The notes under the pieces were generated by a model, which worked only from the letters and a program-made list of their open reading frames with translations, made no database searches and was not told where the DNA came from. Below are positions 9,922 through 20,584 of a stretch of 64,000 bases of DNA, piece by piece. Position 1 is the stretch's first letter, and the number at the start of each line of letters is the position of its first letter. A program made the translations under genes and the position numbers. This DNA comes from an uncultured delta proteobacterium (GTDB lineage: Bacteria > Desulfobacterota > Desulfomonilia > UBA1062), in assembly GCA_963798485.1 (NCBI GenBank), contig CAWCTR010000014.1:416001-480000 (forward strand), written 5' to 3'.

Positions 9922-10803
9922 TTGACTGCCTCCTCAAAACTCAGATTGTTACTCTTCTTCTTTGCCATAGGCATGGCGGGATGCCTTACGAATGGGGAGG
10001 TGTCCCTTTCTCCACGGTCATCCTTCAGTGTCATGACCTTCAATGCTGGAGACTTTGACAGATGCCCCCAGGCAGCGCAGATAGCACAAGTAGTAAAAAC
10101 AGCCGGGGTTCCCGATATTATCCTGTTTCAGGAGCTCCAAGAAGGGCTCCAAACCAGCGAGCTCTTAGCCAGGTTGAAATACCCATATCATGCAGCTATT
10201 CCCTACAGATATATCAAGGGTGACAGCATTGCCATATTCTCTCGATATCCCATTGAACAAACAGACAAGCTCTATTTTCGAAACAGCAGAGACAGGTCGG
10301 CCGCTTTATGCGGTGTTGTAAGGCCGAATGGCACTCCTGTGCTTATCTGCTCGGTTCATCTGGACGAGATTCAATCCAAGCACAGGCAGAAAAATGGTTA
10401 TGTTAACCAGTCATTTTCTCAATCCTGTGATCAGATAAAAACCGAGACCTTTGGCAAAACCTCTCGCTGTCTGGGAGTGAACGAGCTCATTCCATGGCTG
10501 AAAAACAAGGGCTATAAGAATGTCGTCGTGGGAGGAGACTTCAACACCATCCCCTTTTCGACGGCCATAAGGGAAATGTCCAACGAATATGAGGACTCTC
10601 TCTGGCCATCATGGGATTACTTCTCAGGGACTTACTTCAAAATAATAAGCCCTATCCTGCCTCGGATAGATTATATATTTCACACATCCAAACTGAAAGC
10701 TACCGCTTCCAAGATAATCAAGCAGAGCTCAGGAGATCACTATCCCGTTTTTGCAACTTTTAATATTGAAGTTGTAAACCAACACATGGGGAAAAATACA
10801 TGA
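9922..10803 (+). CDS. Endonuclease/exonuclease/phosphatase (EEP) family lipoprotein
   Basis: MTFN, LFQE, SVHL, GGDFN, RIDYIF and GDHYPV motifs; lipobox MAGC. Confidence 0.85.
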   Translation: MTASSKLRLLLFFFAIGMAGCLTNGEVSLSPRSSFSVMTFNAGDFDRCPQAAQIAQVVKTAGVPDIILFQELQEGLQTSELLARLKYPYHAAIPYRYIKGDSIAIFSRYPIEQTDKLYFRNSRDRSAALCGVVRPNGTPVLICSVHLDEIQSKHRQKNGYVNQSFSQSCDQIKTETFGKTSRCLGVNELIPWLKNKGYKNVVVGGDFNTIPFSTAIREMSNEYEDSLWPSWDYFSGTYFKIISPILPRIDYIFHTSKLKATASKIIKQSSGDHYPVFATFNIEVVNQHMGKNT

Positions 10804-12320
10804 ACAAGGAACTTCTAAAAAAAATATTGTTCACCATAGCACCCCTGATTTGCCTACTTATCGGATTCTGGACCGTCATGCAGAAACTGTTCATACGCTG
10901 GAACAACGCCGACGACAGCTATTGCTACTTTATCATTCCACTCTTTCTCTACCTCTTGTGGGAAAAGAGAGGAACCTTCCATTTTCAGGAATTCTCATGG
11001 ACGCCGCAGGCGGTGCTTTCGGGATTCTTTTCTGTTGCATTGATTATCATGGGCGAGATGGGTTCTCTTGAAACACTCATGTATATAGGCCTCTGGGGTT
11101 GTATTTTCAGTATTATTTTCTTGTTATACGGCCAAAGGATAAGGTCATTGGCCTTCCCTATTATTATTCTGTTTTTCATGGTGCCGCTTCCGCCATTCAT
11201 CAATGGCACCCTCACTTTTTATCTGAAGATGATTGCCAGCAGATTGTCTGTCGACATGTTGAGTTTGACAGGAGCCAGTGTCATTCAGGAAGGAAATGTC
11301 ATTGACCTGGGCATACGCCAGCTCGAGGTGGCGGATGCCTGCAGCGGTCTGCGCTACTTCATGCCCATGATACTCATGGGGCTTCTCATGGCCCATTACT
11401 TCACAAGGGGCCTCTGGCGGAAAATGCTTGTGCTCCTTTTAATAATCCCCCTGTCCATTCTCATCAACGTCATCCGGATTTTTTCTGCAGGTTTATGTGT
11501 GGTTAATGGCCGGCCGGACCTCGTGGAAAACATGTTTCATGATTTTACAGGGTGGCTGGCATTCATTATCGCCGGGATAATTCTCTATGCAATCACCTTG
11601 ATACTGAAGCATGTGGGCAGATATCCATCATTGAAGAACCATGTTAATAAAGAGTTATCCCTCATGATTCAGTCCGGGACGAGTTCTCCCGTATCAATTC
11701 TCATCTTGTGTACCGTTTTTCTCCTGGGAGGACTGGGTTTGATACAGATGTCATCAGTAAGCCATGTCCCTCACCGGACTCCCTTTTCGGATTTTCCTAT
11801 GAAAATAGACCAGTGGAATGGCACCAGGTCTTATTTTTCAGAAGAAATCATGCAATCGCTTTGGGCGGATGACTATGTAAGTGCAACCTTCCAAAAACCC
11901 GGCTCTGTGAATGTCATCCGGCTTTTAATACCCTTTTATGCATATCAGGGGACACGGCATACTGCTCATGCGCCTCAATCATGCCTTCTCGGCGGAGGAT
12001 GGACAATGCTGTCTTCAAATGATTCCCCCATAAAATTCCCCGGGAAAATGATTACGGTTAAGCTCATGTTGCTGGAAAAAGACAACCAGAAACTGATCGG
12101 GACCTACTTCTTCCTTGAAAGAGGCCGAGTCCTTACAAGCCCATGGATGAACAAGTTGTATCTTATAAAAGACTCCATATTGAAAAGTCGCACCGATGGC
12201 GCTCTGGTGCGGGTTGAATTGCTGATGGGGGAAAATGTTTCAGTTGAAAATGCCCAGGAAGAGTTAAAGTCTTTTATTGTACGGCTCCGGCCTCTTCTCT
12301 CGGCATATGTTCCGAATTAG
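10800..12320 (+). CDS. xrtD: Exosortase (EpsH)-EpsI fusion, XrtD/VPLPA-CTERM type
   Basis: Multi-TM protein with catalytic Cys (VADACSGLRY), Arg (NVIRI) and His (FHDFTGW), and a C-terminal EpsI domain (HAPQSCLLGGGW, RTDGALVRV). VPIPA and TPIPA substrates are present in the window. Confidence 0.85.
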   Translation: MNKELLKKILFTIAPLICLLIGFWTVMQKLFIRWNNADDSYCYFIIPLFLYLLWEKRGTFHFQEFSWTPQAVLSGFFSVALIIMGEMGSLETLMYIGLWGCIFSIIFLLYGQRIRSLAFPIIILFFMVPLPPFINGTLTFYLKMIASRLSVDMLSLTGASVIQEGNVIDLGIRQLEVADACSGLRYFMPMILMGLLMAHYFTRGLWRKMLVLLLIIPLSILINVIRIFSAGLCVVNGRPDLVENMFHDFTGWLAFIIAGIILYAITLILKHVGRYPSLKNHVNKELSLMIQSGTSSPVSILILCTVFLLGGLGLIQMSSVSHVPHRTPFSDFPMKIDQWNGTRSYFSEEIMQSLWADDYVSATFQKPGSVNVIRLLIPFYAYQGTRHTAHAPQSCLLGGGWTMLSSNDSPIKFPGKMITVKLMLLEKDNQKLIGTYFFLERGRVLTSPWMNKLYLIKDSILKSRTDGALVRVELLMGENVSVENAQEELKSFIVRLRPLLSAYVPN

Positions 12321-12349
12321 AATCTCACCTTCATGAGAGAGGTATCATT

Positions 12350-13753
12350 ATGTACTATCAGCAAGTAAGCCTTATCAATACATTCCGCATGCTGTTCGAT
12401 GCAATGAGCGTCATAGCAGCAGGCTATTGTGCCTACTTAATCATTCTTTATTTTTATCCATGGCTTCAAACACCCGATGGACCCGAGTTTATCGCTCCGG
12501 TTCTCGCTATCATGTTCATCAATAATTACGTCATGGGCCGTTTTACCTTATACAGCGACAAGAAACATGCCTCGTATCACCAGATGCTCTGGGCCATAAC
12601 AAAGACAGTCATCATCGATTTTGCGATCCTTGCAGCCGGGATGCTTCTTTTAAAACAGCTCTATAGCGCAAGGTTATTTTATGGATACTTCCTGATTATT
12701 TCTCTGATAATTCTCGTTATAGAAAGGAGTATCCTGAGGTTATTATATGAAAACAATCGAACGAACCGCCCGAATCTCAGGGAGGTTCTCATAGTGGGCA
12801 ATATAGAGCGCGGGAAGCTGGTGTCAAATGCACTTCAGAAGCAGCTCAGCTGGGGTCATGAGGTTCTCGGTAACCTGACGGATAAGAAGGAGGAGCTTTC
12901 GAACCCCGGCACTATAGGGTATATTGATGATCTGCAGGATATACTGCATACTCAAACCATTGATGAGGTTATTTTCGCACTTGGTCCAGACCGTTCTATC
13001 GAGCTGGATGGATATCTGAAAACCTGCAGGAGTATGGGCATCACCACAAGGATAATACCTGCACTCTGGATGCCCGGCAACAGAAGTATGCATGCTGAAA
13101 ATTACCAGGGTATTCCATTCCTGACCTTTCACGAAAACAACTTTGACGCTACCGGCCTTTTTTACAAGAGGATCCTTGATATTGCAGGCGGAATAGCCGG
13201 AACAATGATTTTCATCATCATATACCCGTTTGTTGCATTTGCGATAAAGAGGGACTCTCCCGGGCCGGTTCTCTTCAAACAGAAACGTGTAGGTCAGAAC
13301 GGGCGTGTATTCAACCTCTACAAATTCAGGTCCATGACCAGTGACGCTGATAAAATGAAATCCGAACTCTTAAAGGACAATGAGATGAAAGGGGCGATGT
13401 TCAAGATCACCAATGATCCGCGTATCACAAAAGTGGGTAACTGGCTGAGAAAAACATCCATTGATGAAGTACCCCAATTCCTCAACGTTCTGAAAGGCGA
13501 GATGAGTCTTGTAGGCACGAGGCCGCCTACTCCCGATGAAGTGGAACAATACAAGGACTGGCAATACCGGAGGATCTCTGCAAAACCCGGCATCACCGGA
13601 TTATGGCAGGTGTCCGGAAGGAACAAGATCACTGATTTTGATCAAATCGTTGAACTTGATTGTACGTATATATCAAGCTGGCGTTTTCTGGATGACATAA
13701 AGATAATCTTCAAAACCATATCCGCAGTAGTTCAAAGAAAAGGCGCACTATAG
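12350..13753 (+). CDS. Priming polyprenyl glycosylphosphotransferase (WcaJ/CpsE-like)
   Basis: KRILDI, DSPGPVLFKQKRVG, YKFRSM, DEVPQFLNVLKGEMSLVGTRP and KPGITGLWQV. Confidence 0.95.
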   Translation: MYYQQVSLINTFRMLFDAMSVIAAGYCAYLIILYFYPWLQTPDGPEFIAPVLAIMFINNYVMGRFTLYSDKKHASYHQMLWAITKTVIIDFAILAAGMLLLKQLYSARLFYGYFLIISLIILVIERSILRLLYENNRTNRPNLREVLIVGNIERGKLVSNALQKQLSWGHEVLGNLTDKKEELSNPGTIGYIDDLQDILHTQTIDEVIFALGPDRSIELDGYLKTCRSMGITTRIIPALWMPGNRSMHAENYQGIPFLTFHENNFDATGLFYKRILDIAGGIAGTMIFIIIYPFVAFAIKRDSPGPVLFKQKRVGQNGRVFNLYKFRSMTSDADKMKSELLKDNEMKGAMFKITNDPRITKVGNWLRKTSIDEVPQFLNVLKGEMSLVGTRPPTPDEVEQYKDWQYRRISAKPGITGLWQVSGRNKITDFDQIVELDCTYISSWRFLDDIKIIFKTISAVVQRKGAL

Positions 13754-13813
13754 ATACTGCTTCGGACAACCTTACTAAGCCTTTGTATACCTATTGGAAA
13801 GGAAAATCAGGTC

Positions 13814-16219
13814 ATGAAAGAAAAATCTATTTATCTATTGGGTACTTTTATCATCATCCTTCTCTTTGCCGGCTGTTCCACGCCTGAAGAGAAAAAGATG
13901 GGCTACTATTCCAAGGCAAAGACACTCTATGCTCAGGATGAGCTTGTGAAGGCACAGATCGAGCTGAGAAATGCGATCCGGATCGACCCGAAATTCGCCG
14001 ATGCCTACTACCTCCTTGCCATGGTGGATCTCAAGTCGGGAAATGTCCGTGGTGCATACGGGGGTCTCATCAAGACTGTCGAGCTTGCACCCCGGAACAT
14101 CCCTGCACAGCTTCAGATCGGCCGACTTTTCCTTGCAGCAGGACTGAAAGACAAGGCCATGGAAAAGGCGGAAATCGCTCTTGGCATCGATGGTAAAAAC
14201 AAAGAGGCCATGCTTCTCAAGGCATCTGTCCTTCTTTCCCAGAAACAGACCGACAAGGCCGAGTCTATCCTGAATACGGTCTATGAAAAAGGCGACAGAG
14301 ACCCTGATATATACCTTCTGCTTGCATCATCCTTCTTTCAGAAAGGGAACAAGAAGGAAGCCGAAGGCATTCTTGTCAAGGGGGCGAGGAACCATCCTAA
14401 TACCGTTTCGCTCCTCTTGTTCCTGGAAAGCATCTATCGACAAGAAAACCGAATTTCCGAAGCAACAGCGATATTGAGGCGCATTATCATCATCGAACCG
14501 AAGAATACATCCTATAGACTCGATCTGGCGAACCTCTTGTGGGGTGCAAGCCAGAAAGAGCAGGGGATTAATCTTCTTGCCGATTTCATCAAATCCGAGC
14601 CTGGAAACGAAACCAACAGGATATCAGTCGCCCGGTTCTATTCAGGCAAGGGGATGATGGACAGGGGCGAAAATGTTCTGAAAGAGGGGCTCTTGGCCAA
14701 CAAGAACAGCTTTGAGCTCCATTATGCCCTGAGCGATCTCTATGCCGGAACCGGGCAATATGATAAGGCTCTCGAAATTCTTAACCAATGTCTGAGCATT
14801 AAGGACGATCCGACGAACCCGGATATCATCGAAACGAAAAGCTTTCTCGCAGACTTGTATCTCAAAAAGGGTGATATCGAAAAGGCCTCTCTTACTGCGG
14901 ATGAGGTCATACGTCTGTCGCCGAAAAGTGCAGAAGCCCATTTGGTCAAAGGAAAGATTTACCTGGTTAAGGGTGACGGAACCAATGCAGTGTCCGAAAT
15001 GAGGAGCGTTGTTTATTCGAATCCCGAGCTTATCGAAGGACACCTTCTGCTCGCTCAGGCTCATGTCGCAAGCGGCCAGATCGAGTTGGCAGTGGATGTG
15101 CTCCGGAATGCCATGAAGAAATTCCCTGATTCAAAGGAGGTTGCAAGGGCTCTTTCACAGGGTCTTTTCATCAGCAAGGAATACGGTGAGTCTGAAGATA
15201 TCCTCAAGAGGCTGGCATCAAATAATCCTGATGATCTGCTACCCAGCGTCGACCTTGGCGACTTCTATTTTGCACGAGGTAACTATGCGGAAGCGGAAAC
15301 CCAGTATGGAGAGATTATCCGGAGACAACCGGCGGCCGGACTCGGATACATGAAACTCGCAGGGTTTTATCAGCATCGGCGCAATCAGAATAAGGCGATA
15401 TCGGTACTTGAAGACGGATTGAAAAGAACAAACGGGGATCTTACCATCTTTTCTTCTCTAACCCAATTATACATAGCTTCCGGTAAGTCGGAAAAGGCTA
15501 AAGTGCTATGTGAGGAACTCATAAAGAAAGATTCTCAAACACCTGTAAGCTACCAGATACTTGGTCTGGTTTACACCTCGAATAAACAATACACAATGGC
15601 GGAAGGGTCTTTCCAGAAGGCAATATCCCTCGATCCCAAGTGGGATACCCCCCAGAAGAATCTCGCCCTCCTCTATCTCCTGGAGGGCAAGAAAACAGAT
15701 GCAATAAAGAAATATCAGTCTATGATAAAAGATGATCCGAAAAACCCTGCCCCCTACTTGAGCCTAGGCCAGATCTATGAGCTCATGGGCGACTTCCATA
15801 ATGCCATTGCAGTGTATACGACCGCTATCACCCAGACGCCAGGCTCATGGCTTGTTGTAAACAACCTCGCTTCCCTCCTCAACGAACACGGCAGCTCAAA
15901 GGACGACCTGGACAAGTCTCTTTCCCTGGCCGTCAAGGCAACCGCCATGGCGCCGGAAGAGCCGGCAACACTCGATACGCTTGGCTGGGTGTATTACAAA
16001 ATGGGCCAATACGACAAGGCTCGGGTTCAGATAGAAAAGGCATGGAAGAAGAATCCGGATAACCCCGAGAGCACCTATCATCTTGGAATGGTCCTGTTCA
16101 AGACAGGACAGAAGAATGAGGCAAAGACAAGGTTGGAGGCAGCCCTCAAGCAGGGCAAGGACTTCCCCGGGAAACAGGAAGCCAAGAAGCTTCTCAACGA
16201 GATCACCGGCAATGCATGA
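13814..16219 (+). CDS. PrsT-like TPR-repeat lipoprotein of exosortase systems
   Basis: Lipobox FAGC, many TPR repeats, C-terminal NNLA...DTLGWVYY...YHLGM. Confidence 0.85.
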   Translation: MKEKSIYLLGTFIIILLFAGCSTPEEKKMGYYSKAKTLYAQDELVKAQIELRNAIRIDPKFADAYYLLAMVDLKSGNVRGAYGGLIKTVELAPRNIPAQLQIGRLFLAAGLKDKAMEKAEIALGIDGKNKEAMLLKASVLLSQKQTDKAESILNTVYEKGDRDPDIYLLLASSFFQKGNKKEAEGILVKGARNHPNTVSLLLFLESIYRQENRISEATAILRRIIIIEPKNTSYRLDLANLLWGASQKEQGINLLADFIKSEPGNETNRISVARFYSGKGMMDRGENVLKEGLLANKNSFELHYALSDLYAGTGQYDKALEILNQCLSIKDDPTNPDIIETKSFLADLYLKKGDIEKASLTADEVIRLSPKSAEAHLVKGKIYLVKGDGTNAVSEMRSVVYSNPELIEGHLLLAQAHVASGQIELAVDVLRNAMKKFPDSKEVARALSQGLFISKEYGESEDILKRLASNNPDDLLPSVDLGDFYFARGNYAEAETQYGEIIRRQPAAGLGYMKLAGFYQHRRNQNKAISVLEDGLKRTNGDLTIFSSLTQLYIASGKSEKAKVLCEELIKKDSQTPVSYQILGLVYTSNKQYTMAEGSFQKAISLDPKWDTPQKNLALLYLLEGKKTDAIKKYQSMIKDDPKNPAPYLSLGQIYELMGDFHNAIAVYTTAITQTPGSWLVVNNLASLLNEHGSSKDDLDKSLSLAVKATAMAPEEPATLDTLGWVYYKMGQYDKARVQIEKAWKKNPDNPESTYHLGMVLFKTGQKNEAKTRLEAALKQGKDFPGKQEAKKLLNEITGNA

Positions 16220-16286
16220 TGTGGTAGCGATGTGGAAGCAATGGAAATCGAATGCCCGAACAAATCAAACTCATAGGGAATATGAC

Positions 16287-16865
16287 ATGAAACAGATACT
16301 ACACACCATGGTGCTTTTCGTCATCATCAGCCTGATAAGCACGGCGGCATGGACTCAGGATGAATCATCGAATCGTCCAGGGGAAGAATACAAAATAGGC
16401 AACGGCGATGTATTGTTTATTTCAGTCTGGAAAACCGAGGACCTCACCAGGGAGGCCATCGTGCTCCCGGATGGGACGATATCATTTCCGCTTACAGGGA
16501 AAATTGAAGCGGCGGACAAGACAGTGGACGAGCTCAAGCAGGAATTGGAGACGAAGCTGAAACCGTTCATTAATGATCCTGTTATCGCTGTGGCTGTCAA
16601 GGCAGTCAACAGCCTTAACATCTATGTTATAGGCCGTGTGAACATACCCGGGCGCTTCACTCTTTATACAAACGTGGATGTCCTCCAGGGCCTCTCCATG
16701 GCCGGCGGGCCGAATTCCTATGCAGACAGAAAAAACATCAGGATCTTCAGAAAAGACAATGGACAAACAATATGCATCAAATTTAATTATAAGGAGGTAA
16801 CAGAAGGGATCCATCTTGAACAGAACATCATGCTGAAAAGGGGCGATGTGATCGTTGTCCCTTGA
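16287..16865 (+). CDS. Short polysaccharide export (OPX/Wza-like) protein
   Basis: YKIGNGDVLFISVW...PDGTISFPL and an SLBB domain ending LKRGDVIVVP. The likely start is ATG 16287, which is followed by a signal peptide. Confidence 0.85.
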   Translation: MKQILHTMVLFVIISLISTAAWTQDESSNRPGEEYKIGNGDVLFISVWKTEDLTREAIVLPDGTISFPLTGKIEAADKTVDELKQELETKLKPFINDPVIAVAVKAVNSLNIYVIGRVNIPGRFTLYTNVDVLQGLSMAGGPNSYADRKNIRIFRKDNGQTICIKFNYKEVTEGIHLEQNIMLKRGDVIVVP

Positions 16866-16893
16866 GCTTTTCAAGGACATATAGTCTTCAGCC

Positions 16894-18093
16894 GTGCAAT
16901 ATTCCAAGCTCACTCTTCTCATGTATGTGCTCGCACTTACCATGATTATACCCCTGCATGATACATTCGGGTATGACCTCACTTACACTCCCCAGATAAG
17001 CCTTGATGTCAATTACCATGACAACATCTTCTTTACCGCTGAGAAGCCGACAAGCGACACCCTCAGTATTGTCAGTGGCGGCACGTCTCTCAATCTATCG
17101 AGTGAAAGAGATGATTTCTCATTCAACGGTATTGTAAAAAATACATCATATCTTAGAAATCATGAGCTCGATGATACTGATTTCTTCATTACGGCAAAAG
17201 CGTCGCATATGATATCTGAAAGAACCGGTATCGAGTCGGACATCGGCTTAAAAAAGGACTCCAGCCCAGACCGCGATCTGGAGAGCACGGGGTTGGCCCT
17301 CGGTACATCCGTCCGCAACACTTTAAACTACTCCTTTAAAGAAACGTATTCGCTGTCCGAGCTTATGAATACCGATATCACCTACGGCTTCGAAAGCCAA
17401 AAGTTCGACTCGAATCAGTTCACCGATTCTACCTCACAAAATGGTGACCTGGGGTACACCATTGATGCCGGCTCCATGCTCCCGGATACTTCGTTTCGTT
17501 TGGATCTCTTGTATGAACGCGATAAGTACCTGGATTCTCTTTTGGAGAAAGCTGAGAATTATGAATGGCGGGCCGGTGCCTCTCATCAAATGACGGAGCT
17601 GCTCAATTTTTCTTTCTACCTGGGTACAAGGCAAACCACTTCAACGTATTTGGTTCCCACATGGTTCGAGGTATTTGAAGAGCAGAGCCATTCACGGGGA
17701 ATGATCGGCCAGGCCGCTCTCGTGTACAAGACTGAATACACCGATTCAACCGTAAGCCTATCCCGCAACATAGACAGTGTGAGCGGTGAATCGCGACTTT
17801 CGGAAAGAACCATGGCCACTATTGATTCTTCGCTATCCATAAGCAGGACTGTCCAGACCACGTTCTCGGCTCAATACATCATGAACAAGGAGAATGAGGA
17901 CAACGTGTCACAAGAGAACATCCGCCAACGGACAGTGAATTTTTCACCTGGTCTAAAAATAGAGCTCTCGGATGATTTTTTTCTCTCTCTTTCCCATGTG
18001 TACACTCAGCTCAGGGACCGGAACAATGATGCCATAACCAGAAGGAATCTCTCAACCCTGCGTATTGAATACCGGCATTCTTTTTTCAACTAA
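16894..18093 (+). CDS. Outer-membrane beta-barrel protein associated with EPS export
   Basis: Signal peptide, YHDNIF motif, alternating amphipathic strands and an aromatic C-terminus; lies between OPX and Wzz. Confidence 0.7.
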   Translation: MQYSKLTLLMYVLALTMIIPLHDTFGYDLTYTPQISLDVNYHDNIFFTAEKPTSDTLSIVSGGTSLNLSSERDDFSFNGIVKNTSYLRNHELDDTDFFITAKASHMISERTGIESDIGLKKDSSPDRDLESTGLALGTSVRNTLNYSFKETYSLSELMNTDITYGFESQKFDSNQFTDSTSQNGDLGYTIDAGSMLPDTSFRLDLLYERDKYLDSLLEKAENYEWRAGASHQMTELLNFSFYLGTRQTTSTYLVPTWFEVFEEQSHSRGMIGQAALVYKTEYTDSTVSLSRNIDSVSGESRLSERTMATIDSSLSISRTVQTTFSAQYIMNKENEDNVSQENIRQRTVNFSPGLKIELSDDFFLSLSHVYTQLRDRNNDAITRRNLSTLRIEYRHSFFN

Positions 18094-18170
18094 CGATCCA
18101 TCTTTACAATGAAAATCGCGGATGGTGGAAATGATGCACTATTTTACTGAAAACAACTTGGAGAATATCT

Positions 18171-19742
18171 ATGCCCACACCTGAGATGACATCAGCCCAT
18201 TTCCTGGAAATCTTGAAGCGGAGGAAATGGGCCTTTATTCTTCCTGCACTGCTCACGATCCTCACTGTTGCGGTAATCGCAATAGCACTGCCTCCAATCT
18301 ATCAATCGACCTCCACGATCCTCATCGAGCAGCAGGATATACCGACTGATTTCATAAGAGCAACGGTGACGACATATGCCGAACAGCAGCTTCAGATCAT
18401 CAATGAAAAGGTAATGACCACCACGAAGCTTCTTGAGATCATCAACCGCTTCAACCTTTATAAAGATCTCCGCGACACAAAGACCACCGATGAGATAGTT
18501 GACAAAATGCGCAAGGATATCACCCTGAAACCTATAAGCGTAGACGTGGTTGACCCCAAGACCGGCAGGCCGACAACTGCTACGATAGCCTTCACGCTTT
18601 CCTATGAGGGGAAAAACAATCCCGTCCAGGTCCAGCAGATCGCAAATATACTGACATCGCTGTATCTTGATGAGAATCTGAGGACCAGGGAGCAGCAGGC
18701 GAGCGATATCTCCACTTTCCTGGCCAATGAGATGCAAAGGGTTAAAAATGATCTAACTCATATCGATGCCCGTCTCACCGATTTCAAGGCGCGCCATGTG
18801 AATGTGCTCCCGGAATTGATTCAGGTGAACATGCAGAGTCTGAATGGAATCGAGCACGACAAGGATATCATGAACGACCGTCTTACCAACCTGAAAGAGC
18901 AGGAAGCAGCTCTCAAGTCAAGGCTGGCCGTTGTCTCTCCCAACCTCAGGGAAATGGACCGGCAACGGCTGGAGGAGCTGAAAGTTCAGCTCATCTCTCT
19001 GAGAAACCGTTTCTCGGAGAATTACCCTGATGTGATCAACACCAAGGCCGAGATCGAAAATCTGGAAAAAAGCATCAATGCAAAGCCGGATAGCGGAAGC
19101 TCTGTCCATGAAAGGAAGGACAACCCCGAGTATGTCAGCCTTGATTCGCAACTCTCGGGGATTCAGGGCGAGATCGGAATGCTTCTGTCACAAATCGTTG
19201 AGCTCGATAAACAGTCGAAGGATTACCATGCAAGGATCGGAGAGACACCTAAGGTGGAATCAGAGTATACCTCGCTCATTTCAGAGAAAACCAATACCCA
19301 GGCAAAATATGACGACCTTATGAGAAAGCTTATGGAGGCAAAGTCTTCCCAGAGCCTCGAAAAGGGACAGAAGGGCGAGCGCTTTACCCTGATCGAACCG
19401 GCCCTGCTCCCGGAAAAACCCGTCAAGCCGAACAGGTATATGATCATTTTCATTGGTCTGGTGGCAGGGATCAGCATCGGCGGCACTACGGCGGCTGTTC
19501 AGGAAGCGATGGACAGCTCCATCAAGAATGCTGATGATCTCTCCTTCTTTGGCGTGAATGTCGTGCGGGGTTCTATCCCGGTGATCATGAACGAATCTGA
19601 TACCTTGCGCGCCAGGAGAAAATGGAGGGCAATGATTGCGGGAGTACTGGCCGCAATCATGATGGCAGTCATAGGATTCCATCTTTTTGTCATGCCTCTC
19701 GGTCTTTTCTGGACCCTGTTAAAAATCAGGATCGGAATTTAA
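18171..19742 (+). CDS. Polysaccharide co-polymerase / chain-length determinant (GumC/Wzz-like)
   Basis: N-terminal TM with PPIYQSTSTILIE, a long coiled coil, YPDV, and IEPALLPEKPVKPNR followed by a TM. Confidence 0.9.
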   Translation: MPTPEMTSAHFLEILKRRKWAFILPALLTILTVAVIAIALPPIYQSTSTILIEQQDIPTDFIRATVTTYAEQQLQIINEKVMTTTKLLEIINRFNLYKDLRDTKTTDEIVDKMRKDITLKPISVDVVDPKTGRPTTATIAFTLSYEGKNNPVQVQQIANILTSLYLDENLRTREQQASDISTFLANEMQRVKNDLTHIDARLTDFKARHVNVLPELIQVNMQSLNGIEHDKDIMNDRLTNLKEQEAALKSRLAVVSPNLREMDRQRLEELKVQLISLRNRFSENYPDVINTKAEIENLEKSINAKPDSGSSVHERKDNPEYVSLDSQLSGIQGEIGMLLSQIVELDKQSKDYHARIGETPKVESEYTSLISEKTNTQAKYDDLMRKLMEAKSSQSLEKGQKGERFTLIEPALLPEKPVKPNRYMIIFIGLVAGISIGGTTAAVQEAMDSSIKNADDLSFFGVNVVRGSIPVIMNESDTLRARRKWRAMIAGVLAAIMMAVIGFHLFVMPLGLFWTLLKIRIGI

Positions 19743-19765
19743 TTGCGAAAGAAAGGAGTTGCACC

Positions 19766-20584
19766 ATGAAAGATACCGATTTGCCAAGAATTCCTGAAGA
19801 CACAGGATCTGTGCCCTCTTCTCTATCCCGGAGAACCTCATTCGGATCGAAATCACCTGTTTACTCCGAATCCAAAGCACGAAATCTGGATACTGAACAT
19901 CTGAAACAAATGAGATGCATCGGCATGTTCCCTGAGATCCCTCTTACAAATTATTACAAGATCCTGAAGACTCAGATCCATCAACTCCTCAAACAGCGAG
20001 GATGGAATACTGTCATGATTACCAGTGCACACCATGGGGAAGGCAAAACCATTACATCAATCAATCTTTCTTTTACCTTTGCCCAGGATCATACCCATAC
20101 CGTCATGCTCATGGATTGCGATCTGAAGCAGCAGCAAGTGCATAAGTACCTCGGCATTGCCCATGAGCACGGCATCGCCGACTATCTTATAGACAATTAC
20201 CCTCTCAAGGACCTGATCATCTGGCCGGGAGTGGACAAATTCACGTTCATTTCAGGCGGAGAACAAATAATTGACAGCACTGAGCTTCTGAACTCACCAA
20301 GGATGGCTTCACTCGTTCAGGAGATCAAGACACGATACGACGACCGTTTCATTATATTCGACACCCCTCCCCTCCTTGAGGGCGCGGATGCCATGGCATT
20401 TCTTCCCATGGTCGAAGGAGTACTTATTGTATTAGAAGCCGGGAAGACCCCGAGAAAGAGTATAGAAAGATCCCTTGATCTGATCCCGAAAGAAAAATTC
20501 CTGGGTTTTGTCCTGAACAGATACCAAGCAAAACCGGTACGTAAGGATTCTTCTCATTACAAACTCGCAGGCAAATCAACATAA
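19766..20584 (+). CDS. CpsD/CapB-type bacterial tyrosine kinase
   Basis: Walker A SAHHGEGKT, DCDL, IIFDTPP and GFVLN; SD AAGGAG upstream of ATG 19766. Confidence 0.9.
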   Translation: MKDTDLPRIPEDTGSVPSSLSRRTSFGSKSPVYSESKARNLDTEHLKQMRCIGMFPEIPLTNYYKILKTQIHQLLKQRGWNTVMITSAHHGEGKTITSINLSFTFAQDHTHTVMLMDCDLKQQQVHKYLGIAHEHGIADYLIDNYPLKDLIIWPGVDKFTFISGGEQIIDSTELLNSPRMASLVQEIKTRYDDRFIIFDTPPLLEGADAMAFLPMVEGVLIVLEAGKTPRKSIERSLDLIPKEKFLGFVLNRYQAKPVRKDSSHYKLAGKST

